Positions 40,966 to 51,041 of a DNA stretch of 64,000 bases are shown here, in pieces. The translations under genes and the position numbers were made by a program. Numbering within the stretch: the stretch's first letter is position 1; every line of letters begins with the position of its first letter. Under the pieces are notes generated by a model. That model searched no databases, was not told the DNA's origin, and saw nothing but the letters and a program-made list of their open reading frames with translations. The DNA is taken from assembly GCA_044222185.1 (NCBI GenBank), contig JBGANV010000001.1, positions 608,001-672,000 of the forward strand. Direction: 5' to 3'. Source of the DNA: Planctomycetota bacterium. GTDB lineage: Bacteria > Planctomycetota > GCA-002687715 > CAIWVZ01.

Positions 40966-41943
40966 TCACGCGGACCTCGAATGGCGGAGGCGGTCGAAAG
41001 CCACGGCTGCGACGATGATCAACCCGATGACGATCTCGTTCGCATACGTGGGGACGTCCGCGAGCGTGCAGCCGTTGCGCAGGACCGCCATCATCAACGC
41101 CCCGACCAGCGAACCGAGAACCGTCCCTTCACCGCCGGAGAGTGAGCCGCCTCCGATGACGACGGCCGCGATGATGTCGAGTTCCTCGCCGACTGCCGTG
41201 GTCGGGTCTCCCACGGTCAGTTCGCAAAACCGCATGACGCCCGCCAGCCCCGTCAGGAGTCCGGCGATGCCGTACACGAGGACGCGTGTGCGCGCGACAC
41301 GGATTCCGCAGAGGCGCGCCGTGGCCTCGTTCGAGCCGATCGCATAGGCGTGCGTACCGAGGACCGAGAACCGGAGCACGAAGACCATCAGCACCGCCAC
41401 GGCCACCGCGATCCACACGCCGGGGGCGAACCCGGATCCGGAAGTCGCCATCACGGACTCGAGCCACCCGGCCTTCACGTTCACGGTCTTCTCGTCGGCC
41501 AGGTACTTCGCGACGCCGCGAAAGACCCCGAGCGTCCCGAGCGTGACGATGAACGGCACGATCCTCAACCACGAGATCAGCAGGCCGTTGATGACGCCCA
41601 CCAGGCCACCGCTGGCCACGCCGCACAGCGCCGCGACGCCCGGTGAGAGGCCCTTGCGGATCGCGATCGCCGTGACGACTGTCGTCAGCGCGATCGACGA
41701 ACCGACGGAGAGATCGATCCCGCCGCTTGCAATGATCAGCGTCATGCCGATGGCGCCGATGGCGACGATGACCGTCTGTGCCGGGACGGTTCGCAGGTTG
41801 TCGAGCGAGAGGAACGTCTCGGGGCGCAAGATCGCGAAGAGAGTGAACACGAGGCCGAGGCTCAAGAACGGACCGACGACGCGCAGAAGCGTCGCGGCCC
41901 CGACACGTGCGCTCGATGGTTCCGACGCCGGCTGCGGGTTCAC
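40966..41943 (-). CDS. Monosaccharide ABC transporter permease (RbsC-like)
   Basis: GGIDLSVGS, PFIVTLG, AIGSNEATARLCG, AAVVIGGGSLSGG; GTG start overlaps the ATPase stop. Confidence 0.92.
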   Translation of the reverse strand: MNPQPASEPSSARVGAATLLRVVGPFLSLGLVFTLFAILRPETFLSLDNLRTVPAQTVIVAIGAIGMTLIIASGGIDLSVGSSIALTTVVTAIAIRKGLSPGVAALCGVASGGLVGVINGLLISWLRIVPFIVTLGTLGVFRGVAKYLADEKTVNVKAGWLESVMATSGSGFAPGVWIAVAVAVLMVFVLRFSVLGTHAYAIGSNEATARLCGIRVARTRVLVYGIAGLLTGLAGVMRFCELTVGDPTTAVGEELDIIAAVVIGGGSLSGGEGTVLGSLVGALMMAVLRNGCTLADVPTYANEIVIGLIIVAAVAFDRLRHSRSA

Positions 41944-43454
41944 TCTGGATTCTCCGATGTGACTGCCGTTGCTTCGGTCAGGATCGACGTCTCGTTGCAA
42001 TCGCTCACTGGTCGGGCGGGGCCGAGTCGTCCTCGCGACATGACGGCGATCCGGTCACAGACCCCGAGGAGCTCGGGGATGTACGAACTCACGAACACGA
42101 TCGACTTGCCAGCCGCGGCGAGTTCGCCGACGAGGCGGTAGATCTCGGCCTTCGCTCCCACGTCGATGCCACGCGTGGGCTCGTCGAGGAGGAACACGTC
42201 GACGTCGTGGTGCAGTAGCCGTGCGATGGCGACTTTCTGCTGGTTGCCCCCAGAGAGTTCTCGAACGGCCTGCCGCGGGCTTCTTGCGCGCACCTGGAGA
42301 CGACTCATCAAGGTGCTGGCCTTCGCGCGACGCTCGCGTGTCTTGATCCAGCCGAACCGCGAGAGCGTCCCGAGCTTCGACAGCGTGACGTTGACCTCGA
42401 TGGGGAGGCCGAGCGCCAGTCCCTCGCCCTTGCGATCCTCCGAGAGCATCCCCACTCCCTGTGCGAGGCGCGCTCGCGGCGTTGCGCCGTCGTCGGTGGC
42501 TGAACCGAGCGTCACCGATCCGCCCTTCATGGCGTCGAGTCCGAAGAGGGCGCGGAGGAACTCGGTGCGTCCCGCGCCGACGAGGCCCGTGATTCCCAGG
42601 ATCTCGCCGCGACGCAGCTCGAGGTCGGCCGCGTGGGGGAGCCGAGGGCCTTGCAGCCGACTCGTCCGCAGCAGCACGGCGCCTGGTACGCGCGGAATCT
42701 GCGGGTAGAGCTGATCGAGCTTCCTCCCGGCCATCATCTCGACGATGGATGGGATCGTCGTCGTCGCCACCTCGCCCGTGCCGACCGTGCGCCCGTCGCG
42801 GAGCACGGTGAAACGGTCTGCGATCCGCTTCACCTCGTCGAGGAAATGGCTGATGTAGATCACGCTGACGCCCTGCGACCGCAGCTTGGCGATGACCTCG
42901 AAGAGCTGGTCGGTGTCGCGCCGCGTGAGCGAACTCGTGGGTTCGTCCATCACGATGATGCGCGCGCCGGTGGTGAGGGCGCGCCCGACCTCCACGAGCT
43001 GCTGTGCGGCTGGACTCATGCCTCCGACGCGGCGGTTCAGGGCGATCTCGGGATGGTCGAGCAACGCGAGCGCGCGACGGACGTCGCCACGCATCGCAGC
43101 GCGTTGGACGATCCCGAACCGTGATCGTTCGCGCCCGAGCATGATGTTCTGTTCGACGGTCAGGTGCGGGGCGACGGTCAGCTCCTGGTAGATCATCGCG
43201 ATGCCGCGTTCGCGCGCCTCGATCGGGTCTCGTGGCGCGAACGGCTTCGCGTCCACCTCGATCCGGCCGCCATCCGGAAGATGGGCGCCCGAGAGGATCT
43301 TCATGAGCGTGCTCTTGCCCGCACCGTTCTCGCCGATGAGCGCGTGGACCTCCGCGGGAGCCACGTCGAGGTCGACGCCACCGAGGGCGATCGTCGACCC
43401 GAACCGCTTCGTCACGCCGCGGATCGACAGGCGCGATCCGGGATTCGACGTCAT
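41940..43454 (-). CDS. Monosaccharide ABC transporter ATP-binding protein (RbsA-like)
   Basis: GENGAGKST, MDEPT, EDRK, LSGGNQQK, DEPTRGIDVGAK. Confidence 0.95.
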   Translation of the reverse strand: MTSNPGSRLSIRGVTKRFGSTIALGGVDLDVAPAEVHALIGENGAGKSTLMKILSGAHLPDGGRIEVDAKPFAPRDPIEARERGIAMIYQELTVAPHLTVEQNIMLGRERSRFGIVQRAAMRGDVRRALALLDHPEIALNRRVGGMSPAAQQLVEVGRALTTGARIIVMDEPTSSLTRRDTDQLFEVIAKLRSQGVSVIYISHFLDEVKRIADRFTVLRDGRTVGTGEVATTTIPSIVEMMAGRKLDQLYPQIPRVPGAVLLRTSRLQGPRLPHAADLELRRGEILGITGLVGAGRTEFLRALFGLDAMKGGSVTLGSATDDGATPRARLAQGVGMLSEDRKGEGLALGLPIEVNVTLSKLGTLSRFGWIKTRERRAKASTLMSRLQVRARSPRQAVRELSGGNQQKVAIARLLHHDVDVFLLDEPTRGIDVGAKAEIYRLVGELAAAGKSIVFVSSYIPELLGVCDRIAVMSRGRLGPARPVSDCNETSILTEATAVTSENPE

Positions 43455-43461
43455 CGGCGTA

Positions 43462-44442
43462 CTACTTGACCTCGGCCGGCAGTGTCGGAGTGAGAAGCTC
43501 GCGGATCTCCGGCGAGTCCATGTTCTCCTTCGTGGCGACGGTCACGCCGGTGTCGACGCGCTTCTCCACGGGCTTGCCGCGGATGTGGTCGACGAGCGTT
43601 CGCACGCCGACGTCGCCCATCTTCATGGGATTCTGCAGGACGAGTCCGTGGATCTCTCCGGCCTTCAGCGCTTCGGCGAGCTTCTCGCTGCCGTCGAACC
43701 CGACGAACTTCACCGTTCCGGCGCGCTTGGCATTCTGCAGCGCTCTCAGCATGCCGAAGGTCGTCGATTCGTTCGGGCAGAAGATCCCGTCGACGCCTTC
43801 CTTGAAACGGATGAGCAGGTTCTGCGCCACCCCGTAGGCGCTGTCGGTCGTCGCCCCGCCGTACTGGTTGCTCGAGACGAGCTCGATGCCTGGGTACTTC
43901 TGCTTGACCGTGTCGAGGAAGCCCGCCTCGCGCTGATCCGTGCTTGCCGAGTTTTCCTGGTAGCGCAGGACGATCACCTTGCCCTTGCCGCCCATCAGCG
44001 TTCCGAGCCGCTCGGCTCCGAGAGCACCGCCCTTGTAGTTGTCGGTGGCGACGAAGCTCACGTAGCTCTGCTCCTTCAGCCCCGAGTCGATGATGACGAC
44101 GGGCACGCCGCGCGACGACGCGTTCTGCACCTGGTGACCGAGCGCCGTGTCGTCCAGCGGGGCGAGCACGATGCCGCTCACCTTCCGGTTGACGAAGTCG
44201 TCGACGACCTTCTGCTGCGCCGATCGGTCGTCTTCCTTCTGCGGGCCCTTCCAGAGGATCTCGACCCCGAGCTCGTTCCCGGCCTTCAGCGCGCCCGCGT
44301 GGATCGACTTCCAGAACTCGTGCGTCGTGCCCTTCGGGATCACGGCGATGGTGAGCTTGGTCGAGTCGGCCGTCGTCTTCTGTCCGCACCCGAACAGCAG
44401 GATCGCGGCGGCGGCCGCGACGAACACGGAGGTCGTTCTCAT
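43462..44442 (-). CDS. Monosaccharide ABC substrate-binding lipoprotein
   Basis: Lipobox LLFG-C, IAVIPKGTTHEFW, VATDNY.GG, CPNES, GFD, QNP. Confidence 0.92.
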   Translation of the reverse strand: MRTTSVFVAAAAAILLFGCGQKTTADSTKLTIAVIPKGTTHEFWKSIHAGALKAGNELGVEILWKGPQKEDDRSAQQKVVDDFVNRKVSGIVLAPLDDTALGHQVQNASSRGVPVVIIDSGLKEQSYVSFVATDNYKGGALGAERLGTLMGGKGKVIVLRYQENSASTDQREAGFLDTVKQKYPGIELVSSNQYGGATTDSAYGVAQNLLIRFKEGVDGIFCPNESTTFGMLRALQNAKRAGTVKFVGFDGSEKLAEALKAGEIHGLVLQNPMKMGDVGVRTLVDHIRGKPVEKRVDTGVTVATKENMDSPEIRELLTPTLPAEVK

Positions 44443-44571
44443 CGGATCTGGCTTCCTTGCGCGGTCGTCGAGCGGGCCCCGCAGCCTTTCGTTGGCGGCA
44501 CCAGGCCTCACTCGCTTCGAACGAGGCCGGAAGTCTACTGCGGACGTCACTCGGCCGGCAGGTCCAATCGT

Positions 44572-47136
44572 CTATGGCCACGCGATGCGGACGGCGGTGG
44601 CGGAGTCCATGACGACCTGGCCGAACCCGTTGATCGCGAGTGCCGAGACCCAGAACTCCGCGGATGGCACCGGCGGCAGGAAGACCTGCATCTGGCCCTG
44701 CCCGGTCAGGCTCAATGTGCCCTGGATGCCCGTCCAGTACGGCTGCATCGGGTCCAGGCTGAGGAAGAAGAGGCCGTCGGGATTCAGCGGAACGGTCCGC
44801 CCGTCACCCAGCGGGAGGCCCGGGTTGACGCCAAGACTCAACGCCGCGATGTAGTTCGCCGAGGGCACGGTGGGGAAGTCGAGCGCGATCGTGAGGGCTT
44901 GGCCCGGAGTCGGAGTGCCGGCGAGGCGGATGGGCAGCGGGCACATGAGCTTCAAGATCCGCTCCATCAGCACGCGGCGGTTGTCGGGGTTGACGATGGC
45001 GTCGATCGGGAAGCCGAGGCCGAGCACCCGCCCGTCGCCCCGCAGGACGGCCGCTCCGCCGCCCGTGGAGTAGTTCATCACCACCGTGCTCGCGGATCCG
45101 GGTGCGGGGCCGATGACGTCTGGGAAGTTGACGTCGTAGATGCCGTTGGTCCCGTTGTCGAACGTGATGGCCGGCAGGGGCGCGAGCGGCCCCGCGGCCG
45201 TCGCAGCCACGGAATAGGTGTTGGCGTCGTCAGCCACGTAGTTCTGACCGAGCGTCTGCTCGTAGAACGTCCGGTCTGCGACGCTGCCGAGCCAGTCCAG
45301 GTCCCAGCCGACCTCGGCGCCGCTGAAGAACAGCCGGCCGCCGAGCACGAGGTACACCGAGACGAGGTTCTGTTCATTGATGGAGAAGGTCTCGTCGGCG
45401 GACGATTCCTCTCCCAGGATCCAACCGACGCACCGGTACGAGCTCAGCGTGAGCAAGCCGGCCGCGAGCGCCTCGTTCGTGCTTCCGTCGAAGGCGTAGT
45501 GCGCGAGCACGACGCCTTGGACTGCCGCTCCCGTTCGCACGATCGCATCGTGCTTGTTGGCCGAGAGCGGGACGAACCTGTCGTTGCGGTCGAATCCGTT
45601 GACGAGCAGGAGCGCCGCCTTGTCCCCAGGCGCGAGGCGCGCGCCCACGGGTTCGCTGTCAGGCCCGGTCCCGCCGGCATTGATCACGGCGATCTTGGCG
45701 TAACGGACGGCATCGAACGGCAATCCGGCGATCGTGTAGACCGCCGTGTTTCCGCCCGCGATCGTGATGCCGTCGTCGTAGGCAAACCCATCGGTCGACG
45801 TGCGGATTCGATAGCCCGTGGCGCCTGCCACGGGGAGCCAGCGAAGCTGCAGGTTCCCGCCGCCGGCATTGCGCATGCACAACGCCGTGGGCGGATCGAG
45901 CACGAACGGCGTGCCTGGTGCCAGGTACTCCTGGATGCCGCGGTAGATCGCGCGCGCCGCGATCTGGCGGAACCTGGGGTTGTGCAGAGATTCCAGATCG
46001 GTGCTGCCGACCGTGTCGTGGAACGCAAGTTCGAGCAGGAGCGCGGGGATCGACAGATACGCTCCGTTCACTTCGCCGAAGTTTGCCGTGTTCTGGCCCC
46101 GGTCCACCCAGTTCGGGTCCCAGTTCGCGCGGATGTCGTTGATCACCCGCTGATGGAGGATGTTCTGGTACGTCGAGCTTCCGGGCGGTGCGGCGGTGTT
46201 GTGGATGAAGGTGTCCGTCCCGCTCCCGCCTCCAGCGTTCGTGTGCAGCGAGAAGAAGAGGTCCGCGCCCCACCACGTGGCGATGCGGGGGCGACAGCTC
46301 ACGTCGTCCGTGTTGTCCTCACCCGAGCAGCAGTTCCACACGGTCGATGGCGCGCCGTTGAACTCGGCCCAATAGCGCGAGCACTCGGCCCATCGCGGCT
46401 GGCCCGAGACCGTGCCGCCGCGGACGATGCTGCCCACGCCTTCACCGATCCTCACTGCGTCGGTCACCACGACCGAACCGAGCGGCGTGCTCGCGTTCGA
46501 GATCGCGACCTGAATGGTGCCGCCGGCGACGGACGGAAAGGTGCCCAGGTAGCGCCACCGAGCACCGTCCTTCGTCTGGTCGACGAATCGCACGGACGTG
46601 CCACCCGCGTGAGTCACGATCACTCGCGCCTGGGTGGCGCGATTCGTTCCGGAGACGTAGTTGAGGTAGACGGGGAACTCGGCAGTGGTCGACGTCGTGA
46701 AGGTGTAGGTCGCGCGGGCCGTCTCCACCGGTGCGGCGAAGGCGTATCGGTACGTGAGGCCCTGGTACCCGGTCGCGGCTCCGAACGTCCAGCTGCCCGA
46801 CTCTGCATACGAAGCGCCAGCCGTGTCGTTGTCGAGGACGTGCTCCTCCGTCGTGTAGCTCCGTCCGCGACAGGTGATCACCTGCGCTCCTGCCCCTTCC
46901 AGGTAGTTGAGCAGGTGGTCGATCACGATCTGGTTCGTGTGCAGGTCTTCGACGGTCCCGTCGATGACACCTCGCTGTGTCGTCCATCCGAGCGTCGAGT
47001 GCCAGAAGTAGCCGTGACCCGCCGAGATGACGACGCGTCGGCCGGAAAGCGCCCCGGGCGTCGTCTGCGCCGGTAGACTCGCGACGGTGACGGCGGCACA
47101 CAACAACCACGCGATCCTTGAAGGCATCTTCGGCAT
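44572..47136 (-). CDS. Secreted N-acetylmuramoyl-L-alanine amidase (Amidase_3) with golvesin-like insert, Fn3-like domain and C-terminal domain
   Basis: Signal peptide, Zn motifs SAGHG, VED, SLHTNA, LLELAFH; golvesin-like LDND...VDQ..GARWRYLGTF...DAVRI. Confidence 0.8.
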   Translation of the reverse strand: MPKMPSRIAWLLCAAVTVASLPAQTTPGALSGRRVVISAGHGYFWHSTLGWTTQRGVIDGTVEDLHTNQIVIDHLLNYLEGAGAQVITCRGRSYTTEEHVLDNDTAGASYAESGSWTFGAATGYQGLTYRYAFAAPVETARATYTFTTSTTAEFPVYLNYVSGTNRATQARVIVTHAGGTSVRFVDQTKDGARWRYLGTFPSVAGGTIQVAISNASTPLGSVVVTDAVRIGEGVGSIVRGGTVSGQPRWAECSRYWAEFNGAPSTVWNCCSGEDNTDDVSCRPRIATWWGADLFFSLHTNAGGGSGTDTFIHNTAAPPGSSTYQNILHQRVINDIRANWDPNWVDRGQNTANFGEVNGAYLSIPALLLELAFHDTVGSTDLESLHNPRFRQIAARAIYRGIQEYLAPGTPFVLDPPTALCMRNAGGGNLQLRWLPVAGATGYRIRTSTDGFAYDDGITIAGGNTAVYTIAGLPFDAVRYAKIAVINAGGTGPDSEPVGARLAPGDKAALLLVNGFDRNDRFVPLSANKHDAIVRTGAAVQGVVLAHYAFDGSTNEALAAGLLTLSSYRCVGWILGEESSADETFSINEQNLVSVYLVLGGRLFFSGAEVGWDLDWLGSVADRTFYEQTLGQNYVADDANTYSVAATAAGPLAPLPAITFDNGTNGIYDVNFPDVIGPAPGSASTVVMNYSTGGGAAVLRGDGRVLGLGFPIDAIVNPDNRRVLMERILKLMCPLPIRLAGTPTPGQALTIALDFPTVPSANYIAALSLGVNPGLPLGDGRTVPLNPDGLFFLSLDPMQPYWTGIQGTLSLTGQGQMQVFLPPVPSAEFWVSALAINGFGQVVMDSATAVRIAWP

Positions 47137-47292
47137 CCTCGTGCTCACACGGCCTCCCGGCGCGCGGTCGGCGTGGCCGGGCGGGGAGGGCGGCATTCTC
47201 ACTCGGACCCGATGTGCCGTGCAAGGGAGGTTTCACCGCTGCGCGACGCCGTCAACCTGCCCGACCGCGAACGATTTCAGAGGACGATCGGC

Positions 47293-48213
47293 GTGACGCT
47301 CCGGCTGGGGCTCGAGCGCCATCATCGGCGCCTCACACGCGCATTCGACGACATGCTGACGGGCGACGTCGCAGGACGCTTCTGCCTGACCCCCGCGCAG
47401 GTCGCGGCCTTTCACGCGGATGGGTTCCTGACGGGGATCCGAATGATCGATGCGGACGTCGTCGCGGACCTGCGCGCGCGCCTCGATGCCATCTGTCAGC
47501 GACTCGACGAGGAAGCGGACCTCCTGCACGAGATCGAGGCGGATTGGCTGGCAAGGCCGAGTGAAGTCGTGCTCCATTTCCTCGGCGCGTGGCGGATCGA
47601 CCCGGTCTTCCATGACCTGGCGTTCGCTCCGTCGTTGACGGTCCCGGCTGCGCAGCTCTTGGGCGTGCGGAAGCTTCGCTTCTGGCACGATCAGGTCTTC
47701 TACAAGCCACCGCGCCACCCGGGCGTGGTTCCCTGGCACCAGGACTACTCCTATTGGACCCGCACGGGCCCCATGTGCCACCTCACCGTGAACGTCATGC
47801 TCGATGATGCGGACGACTCCAACGGCTGTCTCCGTTACGTTCGAGGCAGCCATCGCTTCGGGCTCTTGCCGAAGGTCCCGTTCGGGGCAGCCATGGATAC
47901 CGTGCTCGACGCTCTCTCGCCTGACGTTCGCGCGGAGCTCGAAGTGATCGCCGCGCCGCTGCGCGCGGGCGAAGCGACGATCCACCACGCACTCACGCTT
48001 CACGGATCGGGGGGAAACCGGACGGACCGGCCCCGACGCGCCGTGGTCGTGAACTACATGGCGGACGGCACGCGCTCGTTCCTGAGCGACGAGCCGCTGT
48101 TGAAGGGCGTGCCCGTCATTCCCAATGGCGAACCGCTGGCCGGAGCGTTCTTCCCGGTGGTCCTCGACCTCGATCGCCCCGGGCTGATCCCGGCACCCGA
48201 CTCGCACCCGTAA
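47293..48213 (+). CDS. Phytanoyl-CoA dioxygenase (PhyH)-family Fe(II)/2OG oxygenase
   Basis: FHADGFL, PWHQDYSYW (HxD), NGCL, HGSGGN, RRA; start uncertain (GTG 47293 after GAGGA). Confidence 0.85.
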   Translation: MTLRLGLERHHRRLTRAFDDMLTGDVAGRFCLTPAQVAAFHADGFLTGIRMIDADVVADLRARLDAICQRLDEEADLLHEIEADWLARPSEVVLHFLGAWRIDPVFHDLAFAPSLTVPAAQLLGVRKLRFWHDQVFYKPPRHPGVVPWHQDYSYWTRTGPMCHLTVNVMLDDADDSNGCLRYVRGSHRFGLLPKVPFGAAMDTVLDALSPDVRAELEVIAAPLRAGEATIHHALTLHGSGGNRTDRPRRAVVVNYMADGTRSFLSDEPLLKGVPVIPNGEPLAGAFFPVVLDLDRPGLIPAPDSHP

Positions 48214-48291
48214 TCCGGGGGGCTCTGACTCTATCTGCGAGAACGTCACCCCGCCCCGGGATTCGACCATGGGAACCGAGAGGGTCTCCCC

Positions 48292-48420
48292 GTGGAGCAG
48301 TGGATCATCAAGCAGTCGCCCACCATCGCCTTCTGCGTGGGAGTGATTGCCACCGTCATCGTCGCGGTGCTGTCGTTCGTCGTCGAGTCGTCGGCGCGAG
48401 GGCTACCGAAGCCGGGCTGA
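48292..48420 (+). CDS. Small single-TM membrane protein (42 aa, absent from the ORF track)
   Basis: MEQWIIKQSPTIAFCVGVIATVIVAVLSFVVESSARGLPKPG; GAGAGG upstream; GC3-rich codons; ends 18 nt before wzx. Confidence 0.55.
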   Translation: MEQWIIKQSPTIAFCVGVIATVIVAVLSFVVESSARGLPKPG

Positions 48421-48438
48421 CGTCCCTACCATCCCCGC

Positions 48439-49905
48439 ATGCCGGGGGAGCCCCAGGGGATCGATCGCGCCGTCACGACCAGCCAGGTCGTGGTTGCTCT
48501 GCGCGAGGTGACCCGGTTCGGGCTCATGATCGTCGTCACGGCCGCCCTCGGCCGCGGGCTCGACGCTGGCGATTTCGGCTTCGTGAACTACGTCGGCGCG
48601 CTCTATGCCTTGGCGCAAGTGGCACTCGACGTGGGCATGGGCGGACTCATCGCACGCGAGATCGGGCGCAGCCCGGCACGCGAGCCCGCGCTGCTCGAGG
48701 GCGCGCTGGCATTTCGAGGTCTCGTTGGCCTCGCTCTCGGAGCGCTCGTCCTCGCCATCGAGCTCCCCTCCGTCGTCGCGCCGGCGCAGCGGCTCTGGCT
48801 CTGCGTGGCGGCCGCATCGTTCCCGCTGCTCGCGCCTGCCGTGCTCGGGGTCGCGTTCCAGGTACGCCAACGACAGCGCGGGCCCGCCGTCATCGGAGTC
48901 TTCACCCAGGCGCTCATGCTCGTCGGCGCTCTGTGGGGATTGAAACACGGGTGGGATGGCGCGACGTTCGCCGCGCTCTACGTCGGCCGCGAGGTCCTCG
49001 GACCGGCTCTCCTCTTCGTGTGGACGCGACTCCGTCTGGGGCTCGTGCTGATTCCCGGGCTGCGCGGGCGTGGGATCGGGGGTCTCGTCTCGCCGATGTT
49101 GCGCGTCGCTCCCATGACGCTGCTGCAGTTCGCGTCGTTCCAGTTTGGAATGTTCGCCGTGCGCGCGGCGCTTCCGGACGAGGACTTGGGCTCTTATTCG
49201 GCCGCTGCGCGGGTCGTGAATCCGCTCTCCATGCTCGCAGGGGCGATTGCGGCGCCGCTCCTGCCCGTCTTCGCCAGGCTCGCCCGTGACCGCGACGCCA
49301 TGCCGCGGCTCGTGAGCGCGGCGTGCGCTCTTGGACTGTCGGTCGGGCTCGTCTCGCTGGCGGTTGCAGGCGTCCTCGGACGGGATCTGCTCGAGTTGGT
49401 CTACGATTCCCGCGGGCGGGGGCACTTCGCGTCGGGCCCTCTCGATGCGACGCCGTGTGTCCACGTCCTCGCCGTTTCGTTCATGGCGATCTGCCTCGGC
49501 AGCCTGTCGACGACGGCGCTGCTCGGCGCGGGCGGCGAGCGCGCGCTTCTGCGGATCTTCGGCGTGGCGTTCGCACTGAACGTCCTCGTCTTCGCCATCC
49601 TCCTGCCGCACGTGGGGCGCGTGGCAGCGGCCTGGGGGAGTGCGGCGGCGGAGTGCTGGACGGCCGCGGCGTCCTTCGTCGTGCTCCGCCGGCGCGCGAA
49701 TGCGACTCTCTCCTGGCGCGCGGTATCGGGCGCTCTTTGGCCCGCGGGCGCGGTTCTCCTCGTCGCCCTCGCACTGCCCACGACCGCGGGTGCCTGGGCC
49801 CGCGTGGGGCTTGCCGCCGCGCCGATCGGCGCGGCCTTCGCATGGATCTTCGTTCGCGGGCCCGGTCGATCGCTCCGCGCCGTGCTGAACGAGGTGCCCG
49901 CGTGA
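48439..49905 (+). CDS. Wzx-like oligosaccharide flippase
   Basis: ~12-14 TMs, ALG..DFG, LDVGMG, LGSYSAAAR, LLPVFARL. Confidence 0.8.
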   Translation: MPGEPQGIDRAVTTSQVVVALREVTRFGLMIVVTAALGRGLDAGDFGFVNYVGALYALAQVALDVGMGGLIAREIGRSPAREPALLEGALAFRGLVGLALGALVLAIELPSVVAPAQRLWLCVAAASFPLLAPAVLGVAFQVRQRQRGPAVIGVFTQALMLVGALWGLKHGWDGATFAALYVGREVLGPALLFVWTRLRLGLVLIPGLRGRGIGGLVSPMLRVAPMTLLQFASFQFGMFAVRAALPDEDLGSYSAAARVVNPLSMLAGAIAAPLLPVFARLARDRDAMPRLVSAACALGLSVGLVSLAVAGVLGRDLLELVYDSRGRGHFASGPLDATPCVHVLAVSFMAICLGSLSTTALLGAGGERALLRIFGVAFALNVLVFAILLPHVGRVAAAWGSAAAECWTAAASFVVLRRRANATLSWRAVSGALWPAGAVLLVALALPTTAGAWARVGLAAAPIGAAFAWIFVRGPGRSLRAVLNEVPA

Positions 49906-51041
49906 TCGTCGCTCTCGATTACCGGCCGGCGCTGTTCCAGGCGTTCGGGATCGGTCGGTACGTGCGCAACCTCGTCCCGGCTCTCCTGGAACTCGACCCG
50001 GGTCTCCGCCTCACGCTCGCGGGGGTCTTCCTCCGCGGACAGAAGGCTCGGACCGCCGCGCACGCGTGGCCCGATCCGCGCCGCGCCCGCTACGTGGGTG
50101 CCCGCCTGCCGGCGCGGGCGCTCCCGTGGCTCGGCGCGATCGGCTGGAGCGCCAACTCGCTCCTGGGTCCGCTCGACGTCTTTCACGACACGGACTACGC
50201 GACGATCCCGCTGCGCCGCGGCGCGCGGGTCGTGACGCTCTACGACACGGCGTACTTCGAGAAGCACGGGTTCGTGTCGCCGGCCCAGGCGAAGAAGATG
50301 TTGGCGATCGTCCGGCGCCAGCTTCGCGCCGACCCCGAGATCGTCACGATCAGTGACGCGGCGAAGGCCGATCTCGTCGCGGCGTTCGATCTCGATCCGC
50401 GACGTGTTCACGTGACTCGCCTGGGCGCCGATCCATCGTTCTTGCGGGCGCGCACCGAGGCCGAGCTGGACGCCGTGCGGCGCCGCTTCAGCCTCGCCCG
50501 ACCGTACGCGATCTGCGCAGGTACACTCGAACCGCGCAAGAACATCGTCCGCCTCGTGAAAGCGCTGGGCGCGGCACGCGCGCGCGGCGTGGATCTCGAC
50601 TTGATCCTCATCGGCCGTCGCGGTCATGCATCCGAGGAGATCTTCACCACGATCGACGGCCAGGGTCTGACGCAGCACGTGCGCTGGCTGGGCGTCGTCA
50701 GCGATGACGACGCGGCGTGCCTCGTTCGCGGCGCATCCCTCCTGGCGTTTCCAACCCTGCATGAGGGATTCGGGCTTCCGGCGATCGAGGGGCTCGCCGC
50801 CGGCGTGCCCGTGGTCGCCAGCGACATTCCCGTGCTGCGAGAGGTTTGCGGGGATCTGGCGACGCTCGTCGATCCGCTGGACGAACGAGCGTTGTCCGAG
50901 GCGGTCGCGCTTGCCCACACGGACCGGGCGATTCGCGAGCGCGCCGCGGCCGGCCCGAAATGGGCCGCATCATTCACCTGGCGGGCCTGCGCAGAGGGTA
51001 CGCGCGCGGCCTACCAGGCGGCCGTGGAGCGTCACGCGTGA
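49902..51041 (+). CDS. GT4 glycosyltransferase
   Basis: GIGRYV, GTLEPRKN, HEGFGLPAIE, SDIP. Confidence 0.9.
   Translation: MIVALDYRPALFQAFGIGRYVRNLVPALLELDPGLRLTLAGVFLRGQKARTAAHAWPDPRRARYVGARLPARALPWLGAIGWSANSLLGPLDVFHDTDYATIPLRRGARVVTLYDTAYFEKHGFVSPAQAKKMLAIVRRQLRADPEIVTISDAAKADLVAAFDLDPRRVHVTRLGADPSFLRARTEAELDAVRRRFSLARPYAICAGTLEPRKNIVRLVKALGAARARGVDLDLILIGRRGHASEEIFTTIDGQGLTQHVRWLGVVSDDDAACLVRGASLLAFPTLHEGFGLPAIEGLAAGVPVVASDIPVLREVCGDLATLVDPLDERALSEAVALAHTDRAIRERAAAGPKWAASFTWRACAEGTRAAYQAAVERHA

Noticed and set aside
43201-47076. 1291-aa plus-strand ORF and many other long overlapping ORFs (e.g. 1238-2587, 3793-5373, 31682-33829)
   Set aside because: Antisense or off-frame shadows of well-supported genes; Arg/Ala/Pro-rich, motif-free and expected at high GC
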